Below are positions 41,781 to 51,356 of a stretch of 64,000 nucleotides of DNA, piece by piece. The DNA is taken from assembly GCA_028716785.1 (NCBI GenBank), contig JAQUPD010000004.1:31465-95464 (forward strand), in the 5' to 3' direction. Each line of letters opens with the position of its first letter. Within the stretch, counting starts at the first letter, position 1. Origin of the DNA: Fidelibacterota bacterium (GTDB lineage: Bacteria > Fidelibacterota > Fidelibacteria > Fidelibacterales > Fidelibacteraceae). The translations under genes were made by a program, and so were the position numbers. Below the pieces are notes generated by a model, which saw only the letters and a program-made list of their open reading frames with translations, was not told where the DNA came from and made no database searches.

Positions 41781-41807
41781 GGGAGGTTATGGATAAATTA
41801 TAGATTA

Positions 41808-42110
41808 TTACATTTTTACGTAAGACCAGGTGTTGGATCGAAGGGTTTCTTCATCGAAAATGAAACGGAGCATATAATCAACATCATCATTATTCATTAT
41901 CCAGACAGCAATGATCTTATCCTTTTCATGGAAAAGTGTATCTGGTTCTCCAAAATCTTCCACAAATCCAGAATAATCTTGTGTTTGAATTACTGTATTG
42001 ATATATGCTGAAATTTTTTCTTCTTTCCAGGATGGATTGAAAACATAAGGATTGTAAAAAGAACATCCTATAAGAACGATTCCTGCTAAAAAAAATGGTA
42101 ATTTTTTCAT
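41808..42110 (-). CDS. Small lipoprotein of unknown function
   Basis: 100 aa reading MKKLPFFLAGIVLIGCSF, with a lipobox LIGC. I prefer it to the overlapping + ORF 41778-42011. Confidence 0.6.
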   Translation of the reverse strand: MKKLPFFLAGIVLIGCSFYNPYVFNPSWKEEKISAYINTVIQTQDYSGFVEDFGEPDTLFHEKDKIIAVWIMNNDDVDYMLRFIFDEETLRSNTWSYVKM

Positions 42111-42527
42111 GATTTATCCCTTTTTAGTTATTTTTTCGAAGAGATAGACACATTTGTGTTTAAAAAGTTGTCTTAATGGTAAAAAGTCGACGCAAAAAGA
42201 TATGCTCAAGGTTTGTGAATAAGTTTTTCAAATTATATTTAAGGGGGATAAGCAAGAAAAATGAAGGATATAGAGAACATTTTGGGAATTTTTAAAAGAG
42301 GTAGGTGTTTCATCATTGATATTTGGACTTAAATTAGAGAATAAATTTCAAAGAAGAGCATATAGAAAGGAACTGGATAAAAAAAGTGGAGATAAATAAT
42401 TCGAATCTTGACATTTTATGTGAAAATAAAGAAATTTCCTGATGTGAAAAAAAGCGCTCATCAAAAACAACGGAGTAAAAACGATTAAGAGAAACTTTAT
42501 TTCAGAGGGTAAACATAGTATTAAAAA

Positions 42528-42560
42528 TAAAAAGCACCTTTTTACAGGTGCTTTTTTTTT
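42528..42560 (+). terminator. Orphan rho-independent terminator just upstream of the 42590 gene
   Basis: AAAGCACCT (42531-42539), 6-nt loop, AGGTGCTTT (42546-42554), followed by a long T-run. No + strand ORF ends upstream of it. Confidence 0.6.
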
Positions 42561-42589
42561 AGATCAACAAATCAGTCCGGAGGATTTTA

Positions 42590-43315
42590 ATGGATGATAC
42601 GTTAGAAAAGCTTATTAAGCTTCAGTCAGTTGATTATCAATTAAAAAGCATACAAGAGAAGATGGGGAATTTGCCGGATAGGGTTCTTTCTTTAGAGATG
42701 CGCATTAAAGAGGAGGAAGTAAGAAAAGTTCAAAATGTAGAACGGATAAAGCAGAATGAGGATATAGTCACCAAAAGTCAGGGAAAGATTAGTGAGTATC
42801 GGGCGAAGTTGGAAAAATATGAGGAACAGCTATATCTCGTCACAACAAACCGGCAATATGATGCTTTAACAGCAGAAATTGATTATGCTAAAAAGCAGAT
42901 TGAGGAGGCAGAGGCAGAGATTAAAAAAAGTCGTGATGAGAGTAAGGAGTTAGAAAAAAGTAAAAATCGAGCGGATACAATGGTTGAATCCTTTAAAAAG
43001 GAGTTAGAAGCGGCGAAAAGCGATTTAGAAAAAACGATACAAGAGACGCGTGAAGAAAAAAATCTTTTAGAGAAAGAGCGATTAGAAATCACAAAACAGA
43101 TTCCTCGGAATATTTTAACGGTTTATGAGCGTGTAAAAAAGGCAAGGCATGGTATTGCTGTTGTTCCTATTGTTCGTGATGCTTGTGGTGGGTGCAACAA
43201 TAAAGTGATACCGCAAAAACGTGTGGATATTTACAAAAGGAATAAAATCGTGACTTGTGATATATGTGGGCGCTTCATATATTCAGATGGAGATAATTTG
43301 ACAGTTGATAAATAA
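42590..43315 (+). CDS. Coiled-coil / C4 zinc-ribbon protein (DUF164, COG1579 type)
   Basis: 241 aa with the N-terminal LIKLQSVDYQL motif, a long coiled coil and a C-terminal CGGC...CDICG zinc ribbon. Confidence 0.8.
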   Translation: MDDTLEKLIKLQSVDYQLKSIQEKMGNLPDRVLSLEMRIKEEEVRKVQNVERIKQNEDIVTKSQGKISEYRAKLEKYEEQLYLVTTNRQYDALTAEIDYAKKQIEEAEAEIKKSRDESKELEKSKNRADTMVESFKKELEAAKSDLEKTIQETREEKNLLEKERLEITKQIPRNILTVYERVKKARHGIAVVPIVRDACGGCNNKVIPQKRVDIYKRNKIVTCDICGRFIYSDGDNLTVDK

Positions 43316-43324
43316 AAGGCAAAT

Positions 43325-43720
43325 AGATCTGGAGTTGATAACACGGTCGCGTTTCGGCGTGAGATGCCGGGATGAGGAAAGTCCGAACTCCGCAGGGCAG
43401 GCCGCCTCATAACATGAGGAATCAGTGATGATTGGAAAGTGCCACAGAAAACAAACAATCTGCCTAAGTCGATAGGTAGATTCAGGTGAAAAGGCGAGGT
43501 AAAAGCTCACCGGGTTAGCTGAGAAGCAAACCGCACGGTAAACCCCGGTCGGAGCAATGCAAAATTGAGAGATCGCTTCGGCGGTGAATCTGGCCCGGAT
43601 TCAATTCTCAAGGTAGCAGCATGATTCAGGAAGCGATTCCTGAACAAGATAAATGACCGCCTCTTCTCGTCCACAGACGGGGAGATGAACAGAATTCGGC
43701 TTATTATCAACTCTGGATCT
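43325..43720 (+). ncRNA. rnpB: RNase P RNA, bacterial type A
   Basis: The universal blocks GAGGAAAGTCCG (43373-43384), GCCACAGAAAAC, GGTAAACCCC and ACAGAATTCGGCTTAT are present. P1 pairs AGATCTGGAGTTGATAA with TTATCAACTCTGGATCT. The ends are approximate, within about 5 nt. Confidence 0.9.
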
Positions 43721-43730
43721 TCTTTACAAA

Positions 43731-45431
43731 ATGCAATGGATTTTCAAAACGTACGATCCTGATCAGTTATTGATCTTTTGCCGTTCTTATGGATTGGAAC
43801 CTTTATATGGGAAAATTTTATTAACGCGAGGTATTGTACAGCAAAAACAGCTGGAAGAATATTTTAATCCCAAAACAGAATATTTATATAATCCCTTCCT
43901 GATGAAAGACATGCAGAAGGCGATTATTCGTCTTCATAAAGCACTTGAAACAGGGGAAAAGATTCTTGTTTATGGGGATTATGATGTTGATGGTATTACA
44001 GCGGCATCCATTATCTATTTATTTTTTAAAAATTTGGATGCGAAAATTACTTATTATATTCCTGATAGAGAGAAAGAGGGGTATGGTTTATCACGAGAGG
44101 GAATTGATTGGGCTGCTACTCAGGGGATCTCGTTAATTATTACCTGTGATTGTGGAATTAATGCCATTGATAAAGTACAGTACGCGAGTGATAAAGGCAT
44201 AGAAATAATTATTACTGATCATCATGAACCCTCTTTAGAGCTTCCACCTGCATTAGCAATAGTTAATCCTAAACAGGAGGATGATATATATCCAGAGAAA
44301 AATCTGTGTGGTGCCGGGGTGGCTTTTAAATTAATTCAGGGTTACTGTCAATATCATAATCTGGATGAAGAAATCGCCTATGAGTATCTTGATTTTGTGG
44401 CTTTAGGAACAGCAGCTGATATGGTAAACATAACGGGTGAAAATCGTGTTTTAATGAGCGAAGGGCTTCGAAAAATTAATACAGGAAAAAATCGGGTTGG
44501 CCTTAAAGCACTGATGAATGTGAGCCGTATTTTCCCAGAAGAGATGGATGTATCGAAAATTGTTTTTGGCATTGCTCCTCGACTCAATGCTGTTGGCCGA
44601 TTAGGCGAAGCGTCAAGAGCTATTAAATTGCTCATAACAGAAGATCCTCAGGAAGCAAAAATGTATTCTGAAATACTTGATAATGAAAATACACTTCGAC
44701 GTGTCATTGAAAAAGATGTATTGGAAGAAGCTATTCAGGATATTGAAAAACGTTATGCAAATAGGCTCCCCAACATTCTTATCCTTCATAACCCAGGCTG
44801 GCATCCCGGCGTTATTGGGATTGTTGCTTCAAAAATAAAAGAGATTTATCATCGGCCTGTTATTATGATTGCCTTTCAGGATGATGTGGGAAAGGGGAGT
44901 GGACGAAGCATCAATGGATTTGATTTATACGATGCCCTTCATGCTCATGAAAAATGGCTAAAAACTTATGGTGGCCATTTTATGGCTGCAGGCTTGACAA
45001 TAGAACGTAAAAATTTGGATAAATTTATCAAGGATCTTCATAAATTTGCTGATGATACAATTTCGAAAGACCTCCTTGAGCCACGAATTTATATTGATAC
45101 TGAGATAGAAATAGAACAAATTAATATGGCGCTTTTAACGTTTTTGGATCGGTTGCGTCCCTTTGGACCTGGAAATATGAGTCCGAAATTCTGTCTTCGA
45201 AATGTTTACCCTGAAAGAGCTCGTCTTATTGGTGATAATCATTTAAAATTTAGAGGAAACAAACATCATAATTCCCTGGATTGCATTGGATGGAATTTAG
45301 GAGATGATTTATCCTTTGTAAGCGATACAACAAAGGCAGTAGATCTTGTTTTTGTTCCTTCAATCAATGAGTGGAATGGAACACGTTCAATTCAACTGGT
45401 TGTAAAAGCAATTAAACCTCATGAGGAATAA
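43731..45431 (+). CDS. recJ: Single-stranded-DNA-specific exonuclease RecJ
   Basis: 566 aa with DHH-family motifs GDYDVDGITA, DCG and ITDHH. Confidence 0.9.
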   Translation: MQWIFKTYDPDQLLIFCRSYGLEPLYGKILLTRGIVQQKQLEEYFNPKTEYLYNPFLMKDMQKAIIRLHKALETGEKILVYGDYDVDGITAASIIYLFFKNLDAKITYYIPDREKEGYGLSREGIDWAATQGISLIITCDCGINAIDKVQYASDKGIEIIITDHHEPSLELPPALAIVNPKQEDDIYPEKNLCGAGVAFKLIQGYCQYHNLDEEIAYEYLDFVALGTAADMVNITGENRVLMSEGLRKINTGKNRVGLKALMNVSRIFPEEMDVSKIVFGIAPRLNAVGRLGEASRAIKLLITEDPQEAKMYSEILDNENTLRRVIEKDVLEEAIQDIEKRYANRLPNILILHNPGWHPGVIGIVASKIKEIYHRPVIMIAFQDDVGKGSGRSINGFDLYDALHAHEKWLKTYGGHFMAAGLTIERKNLDKFIKDLHKFADDTISKDLLEPRIYIDTEIEIEQINMALLTFLDRLRPFGPGNMSPKFCLRNVYPERARLIGDNHLKFRGNKHHNSLDCIGWNLGDDLSFVSDTTKAVDLVFVPSINEWNGTRSIQLVVKAIKPHEE

Positions 45432-45442
45432 GGAGTAATACA

Positions 45443-46438
45443 TTGGGTGTTAAAATAATTGGATATGGATTTTATGTACCTAACAATGTTATCACAAACC
45501 ACGATATGGAAAAATGGATGGATACTTCAGAAGAATGGATTGTTGAACGGACGGGAATTAAAGAAAGACATTTTGTAACTGTAGGTGAAGAAGGAACATC
45601 GGATCTGGCGGTAAAAGCTGCTAAAAAAGCCCTTGAAAAAGCAAATATATCTGCCAGTGACTTAGATATGATTATTGCTGCAACGTTGTCTCCTGATTAT
45701 GAAATTCCAGGAATTGGTGTTCTTATACAAAGTAAACTGGAAGGATGTTCTCTTATCCCAGCCTATGATATTCGTCAGCAATGTAGTGGCTTTGTATATG
45801 GACTTGAACTTGCAGCAACCTTTATTAAATCGGGGAAATATAAAAATGTCTTGTTGGTTGGTGCTGAAATCCAAAGTGTTGGACTGAATATTTCCACAAA
45901 TGGTCGGGATCTTGCTGTTCTTTTTGGAGATGGAGCGGGTGCCTTTGTCTTGACGAATTCACAAGATGATTCCGATATCATTGATTCTGTTCTTCATAGT
46001 GAAGGACAATACTATAAAGCTCTTTGGAAGGAATATCCGAGTATTTATGTAAGAGATAGAATCCGCCAGGAAGATATTGTATTTGGTCGGCATTATCCAG
46101 CCATGAATGGGCGTTTTGTTTTTAAACATGCATCTACTCGCATGCCAGAAGTTGTGATGGAACTTTTGAATAAAACGGGTATTGATCTTGAAGATATTGC
46201 TCAAATAATTCCTCATCAGGCAAATTTGCGAATTACAAATATGATTGCCAATCGCTTAGGTCTGTCTTCCGATAAAATTTTTTCTAATATTGAAAAATAT
46301 GGAAATACCACAGCAGCCTCTATTCCCATTGCTTTTTGTGAAGCTTTAGAGGAAAAAAGGTTTAAAAGGGGTGATTATATTATTACAGTTTCTTTTGGTT
46401 CGGGTTTTACTTGGGGAGCAAATCTCATTAAATTTTAA
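45443..46438 (+). CDS. fabH: 3-oxoacyl-ACP synthase III
   Basis: 331 aa with a TTG start. It has EWIVERTGIKERH, active-site CSGF, HQAN and GNTTAAS. Confidence 0.9.
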   Translation: MGVKIIGYGFYVPNNVITNHDMEKWMDTSEEWIVERTGIKERHFVTVGEEGTSDLAVKAAKKALEKANISASDLDMIIAATLSPDYEIPGIGVLIQSKLEGCSLIPAYDIRQQCSGFVYGLELAATFIKSGKYKNVLLVGAEIQSVGLNISTNGRDLAVLFGDGAGAFVLTNSQDDSDIIDSVLHSEGQYYKALWKEYPSIYVRDRIRQEDIVFGRHYPAMNGRFVFKHASTRMPEVVMELLNKTGIDLEDIAQIIPHQANLRITNMIANRLGLSSDKIFSNIEKYGNTTAASIPIAFCEALEEKRFKRGDYIITVSFGSGFTWGANLIKF

Positions 46439-46456
46439 TAATGACGTTTTTGGAGA

Positions 46457-48745
46457 ATGTTAATGATAATAAGGAAGCGAAGAAAACGAACAATTAAGTG
46501 GGATTTTATTCTGAGAATTTGCATGATATGCGGGGTTGTCATTTTGGCAACCTTTTTAATTCCCCGAGAGCGCTCCAAGATTTATCGTTATCAGATTGGA
46601 GAAATTACACGGTCAACAATCATTGCTCCCTATGATTTCGATATCCTAAAGCCAGAAGAAGTTATTGAACAAGAAAAAAAGGAAACCCTTAAACAAGTTC
46701 CTTTTGTCTTTAACTATAATGAAGAGGCAGAAATCAATGTGACCCAGGATGTTGAACAATTTTTTCAAATGACTATTGCCTTGAAACAACGCTACCTTTC
46801 TTTAAAAAAATCCCGCGAAGAACGAAATTTGTACCGTTATAATGTTGAACGCTACCAGGAACTGAACAAACAAGTCCGAGCTGATAGCACCGCTTTTTAT
46901 CAATTAATTATCCAATTTAAAAAAGATTATAATATCGATATGGATTCTGACCTGTATAGAAATTTGTATGATCCTGAAAAAGGGTTTCTTCCAGATTTAG
47001 AAGACTTAAAAAATCAATTTCTTCGATATACATCACAATATATGAATAAGGGAATTGTTGATATTCCTCTAAATGAAATTATATCAAACCAAATCGCAAT
47101 ATCAAAAGTTGGTGAAGAAATATATCGCAATAGGGATGACATATATGATCGTGATAAAGCTATTAGTGCATTGTCTCAAAATATAAAATTAGGGAATTAT
47201 GAGTTAAATTATGAAAAGAAACAGATGCTTTTTCAGCTTTCCCGATTGTTTATCCGTCCAAATTTAGTTTATGATAAAGAACGCACCCAGATACGACAAG
47301 AGGATGCAATCAGCAGAATACCTATTGTTCAGGGCAAAGTTCTTAAAAATGAAAAGATTGTTGATGCAAATACTCGCGTAACACCTGAAATATATCAAAA
47401 ACTCTATTCACTAAATGTTGCAGAATCCAAAAGAAATCAAAGTGCTTTTGGCTTGCGATATCTTATGTCTTTTATAGGGGATCTCATTATCATGGCTCTC
47501 CTCTATATGATTTTTGTTTTATATATTTTTAATTTTTGCAAAGAGATTTATACAAACAAAAAAAATATTTTTCTTATTATTATAAACCAAATTCTTGTTA
47601 TTGGTTTCGGATATTTGTTATCCACTTTAAACTATGCGTTATTCATAGCGGTTCCTGTTACACTCCTTACAATAATAGTTGCCATTTTTTATGATGAAAA
47701 AACAGCCATATTTTCAACGATTCCCATTGTTCTTATGCTTTCATATATCTTCGGGAATCCCTTCTATTTTACAGTTGTTCACATACTCCCAGTTCTTGTT
47801 GCTTCTATTTCTGTAAAAAGAATGAGAAGCAGAGAACAAATTTTTCAACCATTAATTTGGATTTTTCTTTCTTACCTTTTGGGACTTATTGCTATTGAGT
47901 TGGTGAGCTTTGATTCCTTTGCAGAATTATCAAAAGGGATTCTTTTTGCTTTTATTAATACCATAGGTTCTGTTTTAGCAGCTTATGGGTTGGTAAATAT
48001 TTTTGAACGGTTGTTGAATATCACAACGGACATGACGCTTTTGGAATTAACAGATTTAAACAAACCGTTGCTTAAAGAACTCGCCATGAAAGCCCCAGGG
48101 ACCTTCAATCATTCTGTAATGGTAGGGACGATTGTGGATACAACGGCTGAAGCAATAGGAGCAAATAATCTTTTAGCAAGAGTTGGTGCTTATTATCATG
48201 ATATCGGAAAAATTCCCAAAGCAAGCTATTTTGCAGAAAACCAAAGGGATGAAAACCGATTGGAAAAACTTAAACCCCATATGGCAGCAAAAGTTGTTAT
48301 TAATCATGTTCGCACAGGTATTGAATTGGCAGAACGCTATAAGCTTCCAAAGATTGTTATTGATTTTATACCCATGCATCATGGGACATCAACGGTTAAA
48401 TATTTTTATGACAAGGCCTTGAAAAGCTCAGAAGATCCTTCTGAGGTAAAAGAGAGCGATTTTAAATATCCAGGGCCAAAGCCAAACACAAAAGAAACAG
48501 CCTTAGTGATGATTGCTGAAGCATGTGAAGCAGCAATTAAAGCTTTGAATAAACCGACAGAAGAGGATATAAAGAATCGGGTGGATTATATTATCAAAAC
48601 TCGCATGGAAGAAGATCAGCTTTCAGAGTGTCCTCTTACCTTTCATGACATCACAGTTATTCGGGATTCATTGATCCGACAGTTTGTTAGTATGTATCAT
48701 CACAGGCCCGAATATCCTGGCCAACAAAAAGGGGAAGCCACATAG
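46457..48745 (+). CDS. pgpH: 7TM-receptor with intracellular HD hydrolase domain (PgpH-type cyclic-di-AMP phosphodiesterase family)
   Basis: 762 aa with an extracellular N-terminal domain, a 7-TM block and a C-terminal HD domain (HSVMV, YYHDIGK). The ATG at 46463 has better RBS spacing than 46457. Confidence 0.8.
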   Translation: MLMIIRKRRKRTIKWDFILRICMICGVVILATFLIPRERSKIYRYQIGEITRSTIIAPYDFDILKPEEVIEQEKKETLKQVPFVFNYNEEAEINVTQDVEQFFQMTIALKQRYLSLKKSREERNLYRYNVERYQELNKQVRADSTAFYQLIIQFKKDYNIDMDSDLYRNLYDPEKGFLPDLEDLKNQFLRYTSQYMNKGIVDIPLNEIISNQIAISKVGEEIYRNRDDIYDRDKAISALSQNIKLGNYELNYEKKQMLFQLSRLFIRPNLVYDKERTQIRQEDAISRIPIVQGKVLKNEKIVDANTRVTPEIYQKLYSLNVAESKRNQSAFGLRYLMSFIGDLIIMALLYMIFVLYIFNFCKEIYTNKKNIFLIIINQILVIGFGYLLSTLNYALFIAVPVTLLTIIVAIFYDEKTAIFSTIPIVLMLSYIFGNPFYFTVVHILPVLVASISVKRMRSREQIFQPLIWIFLSYLLGLIAIELVSFDSFAELSKGILFAFINTIGSVLAAYGLVNIFERLLNITTDMTLLELTDLNKPLLKELAMKAPGTFNHSVMVGTIVDTTAEAIGANNLLARVGAYYHDIGKIPKASYFAENQRDENRLEKLKPHMAAKVVINHVRTGIELAERYKLPKIVIDFIPMHHGTSTVKYFYDKALKSSEDPSEVKESDFKYPGPKPNTKETALVMIAEACEAAIKALNKPTEEDIKNRVDYIIKTRMEEDQLSECPLTFHDITVIRDSLIRQFVSMYHHRPEYPGQQKGEAT

Positions 48746-48754
48746 TCTATTAAT

Positions 48755-49207
48755 ATGTCCGCCTCACAGTATCACAAAAAAGAAAACATTCGTATTTATA
48801 ATGAATCGAAACTAAGGTTACCCTTAAACCATAATGAAATTCATCATCTTATCCATGCACTTTTAAAAAAATATCAGTTTTTATCAGCTGAAATAAATAT
48901 TGTTTTTATGTCCGATGAGTCTCTTCGTGACATGAAAAAAACCTATTGTGGGGAGGATGTTTTTACGGATATTATCAGTTTTACCTTTGAATGTCAGGAG
49001 GATTATTTAGAGGGAGAGCTTTATATTTCTCTTCCTCGTGTTCGGGAGAATGCTGCGTTGTTTGATGTAAGTATTCGACAAGAATGTGTGAGAATTCTTA
49101 TTCACGGTTTTTTACATCTTATTGGCTATGACGATGAAACCACTGAAGAAAAAAATCAGATGTTGGCATTGGAAAATCAGTATCTGAAGGAATATGGTTA
49201 TGCCTGA
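48755..49207 (+). CDS. ybeY: rRNA maturation endoribonuclease YbeY
   Basis: 150 aa with the zinc motif HGFLHLIGYDD. Confidence 0.9.
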   Translation: MSASQYHKKENIRIYNESKLRLPLNHNEIHHLIHALLKKYQFLSAEINIVFMSDESLRDMKKTYCGEDVFTDIISFTFECQEDYLEGELYISLPRVRENAALFDVSIRQECVRILIHGFLHLIGYDDETTEEKNQMLALENQYLKEYGYA

Positions 49208-50501
49208 TGATTTTCTTTTGCGGATTATTTTGTTTGTTCTTTTGTTGTTTTTATCCGGACTTTTTTCAAGCAGCGAAACAGCTGTTTTTTCCATGAAGCG
49301 TTCTAAATTAGAAGAAAAAATTCGAAATCAAAACCCGGCAGCGCTTCGACTTTTAGCCCTTTTGAATCTTCCCAGAAAACTTCTTATTGCTATTCTTACA
49401 GGAAATACATTTGTCAATATTGCTATTTCTGTGATTTCTGCTTCCTTTGCGAGAGATTTTGCCGCGTTTTATCACTTTTCCCCTATCCTAACTGTGTTGA
49501 TTCAAGTCTTTGTGGTTACACTTGTTATTTTAATTGTGGGTGAAATACTCCCCAAAATTATTGCAATACGAAATTCGCTGAGCCATAGCTTGCGAATGTC
49601 ATCTTTTTTGACTGTTTTTTATACTTTTTTTAAACCGCTTACAGAAATATTTTATTGGATAACCGAGTTTTTTGCACGTCTTTTCCATGTTAAGAGTGAA
49701 AAATTAATTGGTGATTCTGATGAACTTCTAGCCTTGGTAAATTTGAGTGGTGAAATGGGAGCAATCCGGGAAAAAGAACGGGATATGATTCAATCGCTTC
49801 TCAAGCTTTCTGATACTCGTATCCGCGAAATCATGGTTCCTCGTCCCGATATTCATGCTTTTGAGATTAATCAATCGATATCTGATATTATCAAAGAATT
49901 TCGTGAATTAAAATTTTCCAGATTCCCTGTCTATGAAGAAGATCTGGATCATGTTATTGGATTCATTTTTTTGAAGGATATCCTCCCCTATTTGGATAAA
50001 AAAACACATTTATCACAAATTAAAGGACTCATAAGACCCCCACTTTTTGTCCATGAAAATAAAAGTGTTGCTAAAATGCTTAGAGAGTTTCAAATGAGAA
50101 GGACGAAAATTGCCATTGTAGTAGATGAATTTGGAGGAACGAGTGGTTTGATAACGCTTGAGGATGTGGTTGAAGAAATTGTGGGAGAAATTCAAGATGA
50201 AATGGATGAAGAAAATCATGTTATGATTCGTAAGATCAGCGATAACACATATATCGTAAATGCAGCTATCAATTTGGATGAGCTAGAAGAAGAATTGGGC
50301 ATTGTGTTTCCAGAAGAACGAGATTATGACACATTAGGTGGTTTTGTCATGGATAAATTGGGGCGTGTTCCCAAAAAACAAGATCAATGTGTTGTTGACA
50401 ATGTAAAATATACAGTGGTGCTTATGCAACGACGGCGGATTAAAGAAATTCGAGTTGAATTTATTAATAGGGGAAAAAAGGATTCACATGGAAGCATTTA
50501 G
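49194..50501 (+). CDS. CNNM/CorC-family membrane protein (DUF21 + CBS pair + CorC_HlyC)
   Basis: 435 aa with N-terminal TM helices and SSSETA, a CBS pair, and the C-terminal transporter-associated domain. Confidence 0.85.
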   Translation: MVMPDDFLLRIILFVLLLFLSGLFSSSETAVFSMKRSKLEEKIRNQNPAALRLLALLNLPRKLLIAILTGNTFVNIAISVISASFARDFAAFYHFSPILTVLIQVFVVTLVILIVGEILPKIIAIRNSLSHSLRMSSFLTVFYTFFKPLTEIFYWITEFFARLFHVKSEKLIGDSDELLALVNLSGEMGAIREKERDMIQSLLKLSDTRIREIMVPRPDIHAFEINQSISDIIKEFRELKFSRFPVYEEDLDHVIGFIFLKDILPYLDKKTHLSQIKGLIRPPLFVHENKSVAKMLREFQMRRTKIAIVVDEFGGTSGLITLEDVVEEIVGEIQDEMDEENHVMIRKISDNTYIVNAAINLDELEEELGIVFPEERDYDTLGGFVMDKLGRVPKKQDQCVVDNVKYTVVLMQRRRIKEIRVEFINRGKKDSHGSI

Positions 50502-51288
50502 TGAACTGGTTGCTATAATAAAAAAATTACGATCCCCAGAAGGATGCCTCTGGGATCGCGAACAGACAGCCGAGAGCTTAATTCCCTTTATGATTGAAGA
50601 AGTTTATGAAGTGATAGATGCTCTTGATCATAAAAATGATCATGAATTAGTGAATGAGCTTGGTGATGTTATGCTTCATGTTGTTTTTCAGGCAGTGATC
50701 GCAGAAGAAGACAATCGATTTACGATTCAGGATGTTTTAAATAATATCACTCAAAAAATGATAAGTCGTCATCCTCACGTTTTTTCCAATCGTGTTTTTG
50801 ATACAGATGATGATATTCATCGTTATTGGGAAAGAAAGAAACAATCAGAAGGGCGCAAACGACTTTTGGATGGTATTCCTGATGAACTTCCTTCTTTGCA
50901 CAAAGCTTATCGTGTCCAGTCAAAAGTAGCTATGGTTGGTTTTGATTGGGATAATATCCAAGATGTTTGGCAGAAGATTCGGGAAGAAATTCAGGAATTG
51001 GAAGATGCTTCCCACACTCAGAATCATCAGGAATTGGAGATGGAATTTGGCGATTTGCTTTTTTCCTTGGTCAATGTGGGACGATTTCTCAAAATCAATG
51101 CCGATGAAGCACTGAGAAAATCAACGGATAAATTTATTCAACGATTTCACGAAGTTGAAAGGATTGCTCAGGAAAAAGGGAAAGATTTGCAGAATATGTC
51201 TCTTGATGACCTTGAAACCCTTTGGCAAAAAGCAAAAAAAGGGTCAAAGAATCAAGAAAAGTATGGCAATAATACACAGGATAAATAA
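50488..51288 (+). CDS. mazG: Nucleoside triphosphate pyrophosphohydrolase MazG
   Basis: The ORF track starts at 50455. The ATG at 50488 gives MEAFSELVAIIKKLRSPEGCLWDREQT, a typical MazG N-terminus. Two MazG repeats are present (EEVYEVIDAL; EFGDLLFSLVN). Confidence 0.85.
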   Translation: MEAFSELVAIIKKLRSPEGCLWDREQTAESLIPFMIEEVYEVIDALDHKNDHELVNELGDVMLHVVFQAVIAEEDNRFTIQDVLNNITQKMISRHPHVFSNRVFDTDDDIHRYWERKKQSEGRKRLLDGIPDELPSLHKAYRVQSKVAMVGFDWDNIQDVWQKIREEIQELEDASHTQNHQELEMEFGDLLFSLVNVGRFLKINADEALRKSTDKFIQRFHEVERIAQEKGKDLQNMSLDDLETLWQKAKKGSKNQEKYGNNTQDK

Positions 51289-51306
51289 TACATAGTAATA
51301 AACATA

Positions 51307-51336
51307 AAAGGGCGATGGTAATATCGCCCTTTTATG
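51307..51336. terminator. Bidirectional terminator between convergent mazG and the dehydrogenase gene
   Basis: AAAGGGCGAT (51307-51316), 6-nt loop, ATCGCCCTTT (51323-51332). A/T runs flank it on both sides. Confidence 0.7.
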
Positions 51337-51356
51337 TTATAGGAAGATGTTGTTGG

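Noticed and set aside
41778-42011. 77-aa + strand ORF
   Set aside because: It overlaps the minus-strand lipoprotein gene, which has a canonical lipobox and a downstream terminator. The + ORF starts inside the terminator hairpin region.
43231-43710. Three minus-strand ORFs (43231-43458, 43283-43510, 43507-43710; 67-75 aa)
   Set aside because: They lie inside or antisense to the RNase P RNA gene, have no RBS or domain features, and are explained by the GC-richer structured RNA.
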